Under the pieces are notes generated by a model, which saw only the letters and a list, made by a program, of their open reading frames with translations, ran no database searches and was not told the origin of the DNA. 64,000 bases of DNA from Raillietiella orientalis (lineage: Eukaryota), in assembly GCA_036172245.1 (NCBI GenBank), contig JAYWIR010000025.1, positions 2,542,001 through 2,606,000 of the forward strand, read 5' to 3'. Below are positions 26,001 to 40,220 of the stretch, piece after piece. Position numbers and translations under genes: made by a program. Within the stretch, counting starts at the first letter, position 1. Every line of letters begins with the position of its first letter.

Positions 26001-27012
26001 CCATAATTTTTTTTGTTCGTCTGGCACCACTGCGTCCGTATCGAGCTTCTCGGAACGCAGGTCGCCTTGGTGATGTGCGTCAGGGATGGTGGTGGTGCTA
26101 GTGGCAGTGCAGGGTCGGGGTGGATGCTGATTTCAAAGAGATCCCAGCAGCGAGCTCTTGAGTATTTGAAGGAAAAAAAAAAAAAACGGAAGATGTGCAC
26201 GCTGAGTTCTTTGCTGCGAGATTGCAATTATATAAGCATCCTTGTTCTCGAGATCCTACAGCAGTTCTCGCTGTTAAGATAGCAAATTTGTAAACTGTTA
26301 ATTTGCTCAGTTCTTTGTTGGTTAACTATTTTTCCTTGAGCAACAGGAAAGTAAGTGGTTTGCAGATCTCTAATTACAGTAGGCAACGTATCAATGTAGC
26401 ATTTGATTATATGATTCGTGATTATTAGGAGGGCGACTTCCAGTACTCGTAAATTGTGGATTTGAAGTATTAAAACTTTCAAAATATTGCATCGATGTGA
26501 CACACTAACCCTTCAGACCTTGTTACATAACTTTGTAAAAAAATCTATAGATTGTATTTTAGTTAAGAATAAAAACGCGCCATATTAATATTTCATGCCT
26601 TCAGTTCTCCCTTGCCTACGTGTTTACTGCTGTTTTTTGTTGGTACGCAAATTGTGCATTACGCATTCCACCGTATAAGAATTCTTTCAGTTGGAATTCA
26701 TTTCATTAGTAATCCATTGATGTTCACAATCGAAGCTATCAGTGGCCCGAGTGCATGTGAGATAGTAGTAATGCAGTGGAAACATGAAAGGATTTTTGCA
26801 AATTTAACTTGTAACCCTTATTTTGATGTAAAATAGATGTCGCAATTGTAAGCAAAGAAATGAATAAAGGAATTTGGCATACCATGTAATTAGTGCAATT
26901 GAGTCATTTCAAGTGTGAATTGTGGAATTAAATATGAAGCAAAAGAATACACCTTATGGATTACTTATGTGGCCTATTAAAATAGGAATGAGATAATTTG
27001 TAATTTGAACTA

Positions 27013-27958
27013 ATGGTGTGGCTGCCCATCCTACCAATAATCTTTCATTACTGTGTGGCTTCGTATTTAGAAAATTCAGGTACAGTTTGGATAAGAGTGC
27101 TCAACAATATCAATGTAGATGTAGAACAGAATCATGATTCGAAAGCAGTTCAGCATTGGGAGGCAGACTTATATCATAACTTTAGTTTACCCTGTAAAAA
27201 AGAAAATAATATCTCAGCTCCAATGGCAGTTTGGGTTCGCAGAGGACAGGGTTTGCCAACTCATACTCAGATTTTACCAGAGGGAACTCTCTTTTTTGAG
27301 CGTGTTATTCAGTCAGATGAAGGTTTATACATATGCCAGCCTTCAGAATCGGTTCCACCTCTAGTTCACTGGCTACATATCAATAGTAAGTGAACACAGA
27401 TTTCTTGTTCGAAATTGAATTTTGGTTTATTAGCTCCACCTACTGCTTTGGTATCAGTCAGTGTACAGCCATATGCAACTTGGGCACGTGTTACATGGAA
27501 AGTAATTCATGAAGAAGTTTACTATATTAATGGATTTTACATCCAGTGGTATAGTAGTTTACAGAGTTTGTGGACTGAGAAGTTGTTTCTTTCAGCAAAT
27601 TTGGTAAGACTGATACAGTTGATTAGTGTAATGAATTTACATGCAGCGCCACTTTGATCTAAGTCCTTTACAAGAGAACTCTACTTATATTATACGCATA
27701 TGGGCTGTGAATCATTTAGGTCCTGGACCACCTATCTCACTTACTTTTGATACCTTGGTTCCTGGCGAAGATGATTTGCACATATCAGTTCATAGCAACA
27801 ATTGGCTCTTTATGTTGGTGCTTGGATTAAGTGTTATTACTCTTACTCTTTTTGTCTTATGGTATGTGCTTCACATGTCAAATGCACAAATATCTAAAGA
27901 TATAGAAACTTTTGAGCTTATTCCACGCATGGCAGCAAACCCTTTAGTTTTGTTGTGA
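27013..27958 (+). CDS. Single-pass Ig + FN3 cell-surface protein (borderless/turtle-like), ~284 aa
   Basis: Exons 27013-27385, 27434-27603 and 27647-27958 (introns 48 and 43 nt, in frame). It has a signal peptide MVWLPILPIIFHYCVAS, an Ig domain (LPC...VWVR...DEGLYIC), an FN3 domain (ARVTW...LQENSTYIIRIWAVNHLGPG) and a TM segment WLFMLVLGLSVITLTLFVLWYVL. An extra in-frame intron from 27080 and a short terminal exon after 27991 are possible. Confidence 0.8.
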
Positions 27959-30900
27959 GTTCTGTTTTATGCATTGTTTCTCATATCTTAGATACCATTC
28001 GATGAAAACAGTTTAAAGTGAGCCTCTACTTACATTTTTTGTTTTTGTTATTGTAAAAGCATATTTATTGAATCCCTGTAAAAACCTACTTAGTACTTTT
28101 TTTATGCATATGTGATGAAGAGAAGCAAAATCTTAGTTCAGTTTTAAATTTGAGTGTTGTTCTTGTCCTGTATCTTGTCTTATATTATTCTACATAATTT
28201 ATTTTATGCAATAAACTTTTGTTTATTGGCAATTTGGTAATGAAACTGTCATTTGTTTCAATTTTGTAAGTGGTGACCATAGTTACTATATTGAAATTTT
28301 GAAATATATTTCAATAAAATATGTTGTTTTTTGATATTAAGATAACATACATTAATCCATCAGGATTAAATTTCAGGAGAAAGCAGATTTTATACATTGT
28401 CATAATCAGAAACATTATGCTTTCTATTATGCTTCTGTATATTTAATGTGCTCTCAGCCATTTCCACTAAAGAAAGCACAATATCATTTAATATAACATT
28501 CTTGAACCTTTTTAAACTAGTTTTGGTAGCTGTTCCTTTAACCTTGCCCCTACCAAGATTGGATTTGCTGATATGGTCTTTAAAGACTCCTTAAAGCATG
28601 TAAATCACATGAAGCAATAATAAACTTGTGCAATTCAATTGATGAGAAATGAAAATTGAAAAATTTGAGTTTCTGGAAAATAAAAATAAAAGAATGTTAC
28701 AGAAAACTATGCAATTTCTTGCTTAAATGCTCAGGTTCTAACTATATTTATGCACTATTTTTAGATCTGTGTTAGTTTTTTCATTAGTCTTAGAACTTTA
28801 GTTTGAGGGGTGTAAAAGTAGAACACAATAGATTAAAGCTTGGGAATAGAATTGCAAAACGTAGAGCAAGTGAGTGTAATAATTAATACAAAGAAATACA
28901 AAGAATTGGAACTTCAGGCTAACTTCACTAATTTGCATTTCAGAATGAATTTAAAAAAAGGTGGAGCTTCATGGGAACATTGTTCATGCATTCACTTTCA
29001 TGTACACAGTGTACTGGCACTTCAAAAATCTGTTGTTTACTTACTAATCCACAAATCTATGTCTAAAGAGCTTGCAACCAAGCCAAATTCTACATGGAAT
29101 TTTTAAAAAGACAAACTTGAATCTTGACACTGAATGTTGAATCATGGCATGCTAAGGCATGAGGAGTTTTAGGGGTAAAGGATGTGAATACAGATGTAAA
29201 ATTAGCTTAGAAGTTTAATTAACCTAGAGTGCACATACACTGTTTCACAAAAGATTACTTTGGTGATGTAAGTGGCATGCTTTTAGAAACATGTGATAAT
29301 AGGAAACGCTCCTGAATTATTCACAGTGTTTCTCATAACAAATATAATTAGCTCAGAAAATCTAAAGAAATCTTAACAGCATTACTTTTGGTGCGATAAC
29401 AACAACATGCTTTGCAAATTACTACAATGGAAACTGCATAATAATAGAATGCCCAAAGTTGATGTGGTGCATTTAAATTTACCACAATTTGAGATTCGGG
29501 ATGTCAGTTTGTTTTTTTCTTTTAAATTTTTGCAATTTAACTCAAGTTTATTTTGTACGTATTCATAAAATAAAAGGAAAAAATTAATCGCGTGGTAAAA
29601 AAAAAAAATCTCTGAATCTATCCAAAAATACTACCCTGCATCTAACAGCATCTGTTTAAATCCCAAATTCCTTGGTGAAACAATAGATTTTAACCATTTT
29701 AAGACTTCCAGAATGTAAACATCTAAACTCTTTGCATGCCATACCAAAGTTATACATCACGATTGATTACATCTCTCCATGAGAATGAGCTATTTTTTTC
29801 TTCCCAATTACAGTCACTGAGCCATAAATGCTTTGTGATAAGGCATGAGTTACCACATCATTAGTGACTTTGAGCATATTGCAAGGTAAGCTATCAGTAA
29901 TTTTGTTGATTACTGGTATATAATTGCCTTTCTCGAGTATCCTCGTATTCTTTGAACTAATGATCACTGGATATCATATTCCCATTTTTTTGAAATTCTA
30001 TTGGCTGCTACAACTTCCGGAGGTGCAAAAGTATCATCTAGCTATCATCAAAATAAGATTAAAAATCAGGATTTCTTTATCAGCCCCAATGATCTGCTTG
30101 TTCAGTTATCACCTGTCCAAACTGTGACTTGTAATGATTTCTATTTAAAAATGAAGCTCGCAGAAAGATAGCAGTTACTTCATGCAAAAGTTTAAATGCA
30201 TGCTTTAAAATATCTCGTAATCCTGATAGTGATACAGATGGGATTGGAGATCCACTAAGCAACTACCCTTGTCCTTTGGTGAATTCAATTTTTTTGCAAC
30301 AAAGTGTGTTTATCATTACACATTTTTTTTGTTCTAAACCAGCACAGCTTCAACATTTCCTAATATCATTTGAACCCTTAATGCAGCTTGTGTGTAGTGC
30401 TGTTGGGTCTGGCTTCAATTAACTCAAATTACTACTACCATTCTTACTGATCACGATCTGATTTACAACTAATTCGAAATTTGCCTTAGTTTGCAGAAGT
30501 CACTCGTCCTGTAATGCAAATGTGGTTTTCTCATGCTGACTACTCTTAATATTTGCACACTTCTACAAACCAATGAGCATAATTGTCATCACATTTTGGG
30601 GTTCATTTGCTGATGCTTAAGTATTCTTAAAACTGATTTTCGCCATCACAAGAAAAATTTTTTGTTCTCGTATTTTTTAATTTCTGAGTTTGCTGAATTC
30701 CATTATCAGAAGTTTTTCACATAGATTTGTGATTTGATTTCAACATCATATCATGGATACCTTTTTGATGACACTTTGCTCCTGCTTTCTGATCATACTT
30801 AAAAGTATTCATGTCATGCTGATGTATGGAACTAGCACACAATCTAATAGTAATCATGTAACAAAAAGATTCTGAAATGGGTAAAATGGTTACATTACAT

Positions 30901-31070
30901 ATTCAGAAAACCATGAAGGAAAATGAGAATTTCCAACTGCATTACTATCAACATTAAACATTAATAAATAAATAAAAGCAGGACCACTTAAGTTTTCCCC
31001 ATTTTAAATTTTCTAAAATACATACACCATTCAAGGATCTGAAACTGTACTATGAACTTGCAAAGGATTT

Positions 31071-34000
31071 TTATTTTTGATCAGCTTCCTGAGCATATTC
31101 TCTTAATAAATTCTGAATATCACTGTTTTGTTTTTGCAAGTGAAGCACATCATTTATAAGTGTTTGACGAATTTGTAATTGATCAAAATACTTTTTTAAC
31201 ACAGCATCTAGTACAGTCCACAGTGTACAAAGCCAAGAAGGAATGATTAATTCCTCAGTGACACACAAATTATCCACAAAATCTTTCATTTTCTGTTCCT
31301 CAGGATCTAAAGCTAATGACTGATGTCTGCTCTGATTATCCTCTTGACTGCTGCATACAAAAGATAAAGGATGTTAAGACAATTTATCCAAAAATGTTCC
31401 TGGCTGACCTCTCAGGGAATTCCTGGTGTTCCAGAAATGACTGAAATGCACTAAACATGGCATTCAAGGTATTTTGTAGTTGATATTCACAATGACTGAA
31501 AGCTGACAAAGACTTGTTCTTTTCTATATCTGATGAGATGTTTTCTCTAAGTTCTCTAGAGTCTAAGTTCTCTAAGTCTTCCTCTGGAAGAACACATGAA
31601 AACTTTGAAAAATACTGAATCTATACTTGTTAGTATACCATCTGGTGCTGCATAATTATTAACGCTCTTCAAGAGATAAGAACAAAGTTGTTTAATGCTT
31701 AAAGTGGGACCAAACCCTAGGGTCTGAAATCACTAATGAGTTATTTTTAAAAAAATATTTTCACCTCCAAAACCGAATCCAACTTAAGAATGTTCTCCCA
31801 ATCTCGATCCAGGGTAGAGAGCAACATTTCTAAGTTATCATCAATTAAAAATCCTGACTCATAAACAATTTTGAATACACTCTGTTTCACAAATGACATT
31901 TTTTTGTGTAAATCGCTTGAGATTCTTGCTTCAGATGGTTGATCCAACTTCTGAGTTGAAGGTTCTGATGGCATAACAACTGCTCTATCAGCTGCAGAAA
32001 GAAAGCAATAAATAGATAGTTTGTTCATGCTATCTTACATTCAGTAGGCTTTTTGTAATGAGCAGTTAGATTCTTCAAGAATTTATTTTCTAATGAAGGA
32101 GAAATCACTCCTAATATCTGTTGGAAAATTACACTGTTTGCTTGCTCAATCTGTGGTTAGTTTCTGTATTAGATGTACACCAGTAATCTAAGCTTGCCTG
32201 GACCAGAGTATTCTGACACTCTTCTTGAACACATTTGATCATATCATCAAAGAGTTTCAAATCTGCTTTCTGGCTTTGCTCTAGCTTTTGCCAAACCTCT
32301 TTAAGACCAGTATTTAATGAATTTATTTGTGAATTGACATTTATTTTAATGGATTGAATTTCCTGTTCCTGAACTTTGACATTTTGCTGTAATTGTGACA
32401 ACATATCTAACATTCTGAGAAAATAATTGTTTACTGTATTTGAAAGTAAAGTCTCATGTAAATACTTGGTTATTTGTCTCTTTTGATATGTTTTAGTTAT
32501 TATATTTTCATCTTCCCTCTTTCTGAGGATCTGGCAGTTGTAATCAAGTTTCTCTGTATTTAACAAGTATATTGCTTTGATATCCTCTAGTTGCTGATGA
32601 AGTATCTGTGTTCAGTGAACTTACCCATGCACAAACACAAACTGATTTAACTAAATACTCACTTGCACATCTGAATCAAGTTTGCATTTAATTTGTCTAA
32701 GCTCTTCTGCACCATCATTGTAAATCTGTACAAGTGATTCATATCCTGCATTCAAATGATCCCTTCGAATTGTAAGCTGTTGAACTTCATCATGTTGCAG
32801 ATTTGTTAAATAATCATTCCATATGCTTTCATTTTCTTTCAAAATTTTCCCGAGTTCAAATTTCGTCTGCTTCTGCAATAAGGATTAACCTTACAACATG
32901 CAATTAATCTATTACGATTCCCACAGAAATTTGGTGAGCAGTTTATTATTTCATTGAAATTTTCCGTTTATGCTCAAAATTTTCAAAAATTTTAACTAAC
33001 TTATACATGATATGGTATACACAAACACTCCCGATTCCGATTCTATGCATTTCGTGTATCTTTCCATATTAATGGACAGTAACATGTAATACAATTCAGG
33101 GTTTCTGCAAACAATTCAGGGTTTTGTTTCTTCAAAGGTATTTCTAACCATCACTATGCTATGAAATCTAATCTTCTATACAGCATGCTTTACTTTGGTG
33201 CAACCTGGCGACACTGTAATTAACCGGCTCTCGTTATCAACAGAATAAAATCATCATATGTACTTTTAAGTGGGTGTTAATTGTACAGAAGTGAGAATGA
33301 ATATTCAAAAAATCCATAATTCAAGCAGAATGAATGACTTGCTTTTTTCCTGCTTGCATTTCGGAATTCTTTTTCGCTAAACTTAATGGATCGTGTGCAT
33401 GTCGATAATAAACGGATGCAACTTGACAAGTTAGATTACAGAATACTACAAGCACATATAGTAAAATAGTTTACTTCAGAATTCCCCCAAATTTATCTTG
33501 TCAAACTGTATTTAACATCTATGTTAACTCTCTTTGACCAGGAAATCAAGGGTGTGCTCATTCACAAATACCTTCTGCTACGATCCCGGCCGCACAGATG
33601 CAGATGTAATGTTGGTAATCTTTGTTTACATCGACGCTTCGCCTTGTTTACTTGTGGGTCATTAATGACCGATTTCGTTCAATCTTGTAATTAATCTGCA
33701 TACATTACTGTTTGCCTACTGTTCAGGAATCTTTAAACTTGGGTATCCACAAAACACCCATTCTAATTCTGATTTTCGATTTTTCCTTTGAAATTTCGAA
33801 TTCTCTAATAAGTTACGTATACCAAAATGATACAACAACAATTATTATCATCCTCTTTTTAAAACTCCGCTTTTATTTAAATTCTAACACCTATAAAATT
33901 CGGCATTCGTAATGCTTCATTCTTTACTTTCACTGGGTATTGTCCGCGTTCAAAGGTCAACATTAAAAGACCATTTCTATGTGCGGACCTTGCTACCTCC

Positions 34001-36297
34001 GAAAACGGAACAAAACGAAAATAATTCCTTGAAAAATTCCACAGGGCCATTCTGTAGATTTATAAAAGGTATACCAGTTCAATTCGTTAATCACTAAAAG
34101 TCTTTTACAATGTACTATATCAAACACAAAGCAACAAATCAGTCATTCAGTTTAAGCACGTCAGAGCACATTCCAGAGCACACTACAGAAACTGGAGAAG
34201 CTGAATTTCAAAAAGGAATTAAGACGAACACCCAATGGCAATAGTTGTAACCGTGACGATTCTGCATTTGCTGTTTGCAGCCTCACTGAGTGAATCAGTC
34301 ACTTCAGTAATCCAAGCTTTCCTGGACAGGTCATGCACGTGTTACTTACGCTGTAAGAGAATCCTCTTAGTGCTTCACGGGTATCCGGTATTTCAGATTT
34401 TGTGAATGATGCAGCAGTGATCACAAATAAAACACTTTTCTGTGGTAATCACTCCTTTGTAACGGGATATTCTCTCCGAAAAATGACGAGAAACAAAAGA
34501 AAAACAAATCGCAGTGGGAAACTGTCCCTGCAAGAGCCGGAACGTTCAGGATTTCAATTTTTTCCTTCTCCGTAACACCGACAGACTTTCAGTTTACAGT
34601 GCAAGCAAGTAAACAGAAATTCGGACTGCACTTGATTCCACACAAAGCGTTTTGTCCACCGATGACCACATCGGTGGACATCGGTTGGGCACCTCCACTG
34701 ACTTTCACTCTGAAGACTAAGTGCTAAAAGTAAATACGTAAGTATCAGATGATACGTATGTATGTACTTTCCAGCCAACAAAATTCCTAAAAATCATGGA
34801 TACTGATAAAAGCAAATATTATTCTATAAGTATAGGGAGCAAGCATCAGGCAGCTTTCATGCAACAAACTTTACACGGTATACTAAAATAATAAGACTAT
34901 TATACTCAGTTTCATAAAGCGGAGACGAAAATCATGGAAAGTTATAGTGATGCAATCTGTTTGCTTATTACATTCACCATGTAAAAATGCATTGATTCAG
35001 AAAAGCGACTATCTGGTTCACAACTTTTGATGCAAACTACTACTACTACTGCTAATAATAATAAAGACTATTATTAAGTTGAAATAGGTCACTGTTTGAG
35101 TTTTCTCACTTTTAGTCTTGTTAATTCCAATCGGAATGATTCGGCAACACTGGTGATCTGTTCAATCATCCTTTTGATCAATAAATGTAAATCTCCTTTT
35201 TGTTTTTCTATCTCAGACAAAAAACTTTCATCGTTCTTTTGAATTTCCTGTTGAAGGTGAATAATCGACGTATTTTGCTGATCCAGCATTTGATTGCATA
35301 AACCTAAACATGGACAAATTTGCCATTGCACTCTATAGAAAAAAGTGTTGGGATAAAACTTCTGTTAGAAAGTTTACGGGGTGACTTAATTTTTCAAGTA
35401 AAAATCATTACTAATTTGTTCTAGCAAGCAGTTTTCCAATTCGTCAACTTGAGTCTTCTGGCTAACGTCCAACCACTTTTGGGAAATATCGGCATAATTT
35501 ACTTCCTGTTTTTGGGAGTCCTCAACTGGAGCATGTTCGACTTTTTCCAAATGGTTTTCCTCTTTAGTCCTGCAAAGCACAAGCAATGGGAATGAGAATC
35601 GAGATGTCGTCTCCTCCGCTTTCTCATGCAGACTTCATCAATAACGTTCCCTTCCCGGCACACGTGCCATTTTCACTTCCTTCAACGTCTCTTACACTGC
35701 GCAACCGTTAGACCCATAGGAATTTCACTGAACCTTCGTAGTCACATCCCCTTGTGACTCTGGTAGGTCATTTGGAGCATAAACCCATCCACCATGTTCC
35801 TATGAGAACATCAGTACGTTCAAACATTACTGGGAAGCCGTGTTTCTAACTTTCAAGAAAAACTGATCATATCTAACCATTCATGACACATTCACGATTT
35901 TGTTTCTACTTATAACACGTGATGAACGCAAATGCTCTGCCATCAGTTGTGACTTCTGGATTTCCCTAGCCATGGATAAAGAAAGATCAAACACAGTGGC
36001 CCTAGCTGCATGCAACCTGGCAACGTGTCCGGCTGAGCCGACACGTGACCAACAACGAAAACTCTGTTCAAAGCTGCATTCACACCAAACATCACTCCTG
36101 TGTCAGAGCGTTTCAAAAGAGGGATTTCAAATGGTTGTATCTTACCCTGTGGTCACTTTTCTGTGCTTCAGTGCTACCTTCACATTAGATAGGTAATCTG
36201 TACTGTCGAGAAGCAGCTGCTGGAGCTTTTCTCGACTTTCTCGAACCTGTTTCTCCAATTCTGAAGTATTTTCATCTGAATTTTCGTTCCGATGCAT
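31071..36297 (-). CDS. DRC1: Dynein regulatory complex protein 1 (CCDC164), ~649 aa, 11 exons
   Basis: Exons 36297-36146, 35569-35412, 35303-35110, 32872-32663, 32605-32466, 32414-32198, 32150-32039, 31991-31765, 31723-31639, 31583-31409 and 31350-31071. All phases are consistent and the total is 1950 nt. DRC1 hallmarks: ESREKLQQLLL, LQQEIQKNDE, IKCKLDSDVQILHQQL, AIYLLNTEKLDYNCQILRKREDEN, ESGFLID, LKLDSV, LQKQNSDIQNLLREY. An additional 5' exon is possible. Confidence 0.9.
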
Positions 36298-39200
36298 CTT
36301 CGTGAAAGTGGGGCTGGGAACACGCAGCGGAAACACTCAACCCCGGAAAAGCTGCTTGGGCTATCGATTCAACAAGCCCAACCGTGTGTGCCGTGTTCCA
36401 CCTCCACAGCAAGTGTTCCGCAAGAACCACAAGAGCATTTGGTGCTGAGGAACTCCATCCCTGTTCATTTCTGCTAAATGACAAGAGATCCTTTATTGAA
36501 TTTCGAAGCGTGATCTTGTGTGGGATCATGCAGGATGGTTTGAAAAGTGAGCCTTGCTCTTGCGGGCTAAAGAATTTGTAGCTGCCACCGTTGCATCCTC
36601 AAGAATTTACCCATTTCTACTTGATGTGGGTGGAAAAGAAGAAGGAGAAGAAGAAAAAGAAACGTAATGACATTGGACTAATGACACGTTATTCCAAGAA
36701 ATTCATTTTTTTGATGAACATAAACCAAGGAAAACATTCTGTGGAAAGTGCGTAAGCTTCCGAGAAGCTTTCTCGAGCGCCCTTAAGAGCGAAATAATTT
36801 AGCAGCAGTTGAAAAGAGTTAGAATTGGATAGTATTCAGTTTCAGACTTTTTGGGTTCTTGTTCCGTTTCCGCTTTGGGTATTTCTTTTTTTTTTTTTCA
36901 AACAAATTGGTTCTGCCTTTTTGAACACCTTATGAGGAAAAAGACCAAATAAAAATCCTTTATTTCTGGAAAACTCTCGAGTGTTTACCGACAGCACCCT
37001 TAAGAACGAAAGTTATTGAGCGGGCGATCCGTACATGATAAAACGTATGGCAGATTTGAGTACGGTCTGAATAACTTCCAAAGCAACTTACATGGATTTA
37101 TCAACCCTAAGCTCTTCGGTGAGAAAGAAGAACGAAACAAACTTTCTTGGTCTCAATAATCGCATTGTGAAAGACTTGAAGCAACTGTGAAACAACTGGA
37201 AAGGTTTGCATACTCCTGCTCCACTTGTGTAAGATTTCTGGATTACTTTAAGCTGCAAAGAATGTATGCGGCCATTTCTTAAGGTGACTTCTAAAGCATG
37301 TCAATCCCGTACAGACTTATTAAAACGATCTTCATTTGAAACGTAAAGAAACCCTGGAGCTATGGTGGTAGCGTTGGGATCCCCTCTCAGGCATACATCA
37401 CAATAATAGATATTGCAATTTGTATAAGCACTGTACATTGATATATAGTGCATTGAGGGACTAAGCAAGGAATGTGAAGAGTGTACAACTCACATAGGTT
37501 GAGTACAAGCAGTGACGCTTCAAGCATCCTGCTTGTATTCAGTTGACTGCCTCCCTATCGACTTGAATTCATCCTATCAACTGAAGATCCTTCAAAGCAT
37601 TTTCTTTAGAGATTAGTACTCAAAGTACGGGTTTGCCTGTGATGGGGACCATCATAAAAGAAACTCAAACGAAATATTCAAGTTGGATAAATAACATTGG
37701 GAAATTTTTAGTTTTTAATTCATAAGATACCGTAGACGTGGTTGAAACAGCTCGAAAACCGGTCTAACAAAGTTTGTTTTACAAAGTATCGTTTGATCAT
37801 TGTACAGCTTGCGGCATTTTTCGGTTTCAAGCACATTCGTATTTGCTTTTACGAGGGCATCTTTTACAATTGTTTTGCAATATGTTCTTCTTGGATTCCA
37901 CAATCCAAGAGCGCAGAGGTGCATTCTACACGGCAGCAGGAAACGAACCACATCAAACAGCCCCACTTGCTTTCCCTAACACAGTGTGTACGGTTCCGAG
38001 CAAAACTCATTCCATTTACACGAAGTTGCTTTTCTTGGCGCACTTCCTCTCTCGGATTCCATTGACCATTACGTCTTTGCATGCTCCGTCTTTTATTCAT
38101 AATAGCACAATGGACACGTATTTGGTTTTGGGATGTGCGCTCTTTGATTTCATTCCCAATGTTGCTGCTAGCCGAAGCAGTCGCATAAACTGACCCGCAA
38201 AGTACCTTGGTGTTTCTCACTTCGAATCCGCATGGGGCAGAGTTAGATGATGTTTCTACAAGCGGGCTGTTGACGGTTTCTACAATCAGTACTCCTGTTT
38301 TAATGAAGTGTTTTAAAAGTGTTTCCGTGTGACTATTTTTTCCCAAGAGGCGCGTTTTGGATTGCCGTGTGGGCTTTCGAAGACCCTCCTGCTTCGTTGC
38401 CGGATACCCTTCTGCTCAAGCAGGAGCATCGGCAATCCTTCCTCCTAATCGTCTCGTTAAACTTTGCGACGTCCACTTTTTTTGGATCACGCTTTCCGTC
38501 CGAGTGTGCAAAGTATTCTTCCTCCACAGCAACACGTGGGGAGCGTTCCCTCTCCCTGAGGACTCCCCCTTCCGACGATCGTGCTGCTCTTCGTTAGCCC
38601 TAACCATCTCCTGGAAGCGTCCGCAAGGTTTCTTCCTGGTGTCGTCCCTCGCCGGGAAGCAGGGAAATCCCTCAAACCGCATGGCAGATGATAGATGGAA
38701 CGTCTCCGTAACTTCACAGGGCAAAATGGCGTCACGAAAACTGCCTCCTTGTCATTCTCGAAACTCCTCCTTTCAAGCAAGCTCGAAAGCCCTTAAAATT
38801 CCTGAAAGGAAAAAAAACCCCCAAAAATGGGACTGCATCTTAGTCTTCCTTAATTCCGCAAGTCAGGCGAGAATCGCGAGAAAAGAAAAGAAAACCCTTA
38901 AAATGGAACCACGGAACGTCTTTTCCTTCTTTCACACTGTTTGGTAATCCTCTTGGTGTTCAGGATGGCGTGAAGAGTTCAGAACAACTTGCAGGACGGA
39001 CCCGCACGTTGCCGAGGATTACCGTTCACTCGCTTCTTGGAGCAGAGCATCCGTATCTGAGGCAATCCGGAATGAAAGCACTGTGTAAGAAGGGCTGACG
39101 ACGCCTGAAGTCCTTCGGAAGGGCTCTAAAACCCACTGGAAGGACACTGGATACGTTGCATGCAAACAAAGGGGCAGCCAACACGACGGCGGCGACTTCC

Positions 39201-39563
39201 AGCTTGGAATCGATCCGACGTCTGCTCATGGTCGGGAGGCTGCTGCGTGTTCGCCAAAGGAGTCACCAACAGCAGCATCCAACCTTTTCTGTTCAGTGCA
39301 TTCAGGGAAAGGGATCACAACCAACCTCGGCGTAACCATGGGAGTGAGAGTAGTGCATCGCTAGGTTCTCGGGCCTCAGTCCTCAAACGTTTCATTCTCG
39401 CTGAAAGATCTCTCGAGACGTGGAGGCTGAGCAGAGTGTGCTCCAGGTAAACGGGTGAAGGAAACGTAAAGTAAAAAACTGGTTTCACAGAATACCTAGA
39501 ATGAAACAGCCATATAATTTTCTGTATGCAAATTAAACACTATAAAATAACAATGTGAGTACA

Positions 39564-40220
39564 TTATTGGTGTTTTTCAATTTCCTGGATGGGGTGATCC
39601 TCATAAAGAGTTCCGACCAGCAGGTGGCACCTCTGTTCGGGCTGGCCTCTTCTCGCGGCATTCCATACAGCCGCCTCCTTTCCTTGAGTGCAGCAAGCGG
39701 TTGCTACGCACGCGGCGCGTAGCAGTGCTTCACGCACGACGAGGCGCTTGGCAACGCATCCTGGGATTGCACCCGGGGATCCGGAGGGCCGTTGCCAAAC
39801 GTTCCCAGAGGGAGGCCGGAGGACAGTCAAGAAAGGTGCAGTTCTCTCTTTCCCGCACGTCTCCCTCGGCACTTGCACTCCCCAGGGTCCAGTGGTGGAG
39901 GCGCGCTTTGCGCTATGCAGAGGTCCCCCAATGCAGCAGCAGCAGTGCCAATTCTTGCAGTGGTAGGTTAGGGGGATCAACAGATAGGTAAGTTGGGGGG
40001 AAGGAGTAGGGGACACCGGAATTGCTGTTCCGCTCCTGCGAACTCGGCAAGACGCTGGCGAACTCGTTGCCGGATCGTTCGAATGGGGGCCACAGGCAAG
40101 CCTTCCTCATGAAGGGGGTAGCGGTGCGGGTGACTCCTCGCTGGCGTTGGCTGCAGCTCCAGCGAGTAGCAGGCCGTGACGATGCCGCGGATGCTGCCGA
40201 AGCCTCAGTCACTGCAGTCC
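39564..40220 (-). mobile_element. Family A LINE fragment A2 (diverged ORF2 C-terminus)
   Basis: LLLLHWG... zf-RVT-like segment and ...VREALLRAACVATACC..., homologous to other A copies. No 3' UTR. Confidence 0.65.
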
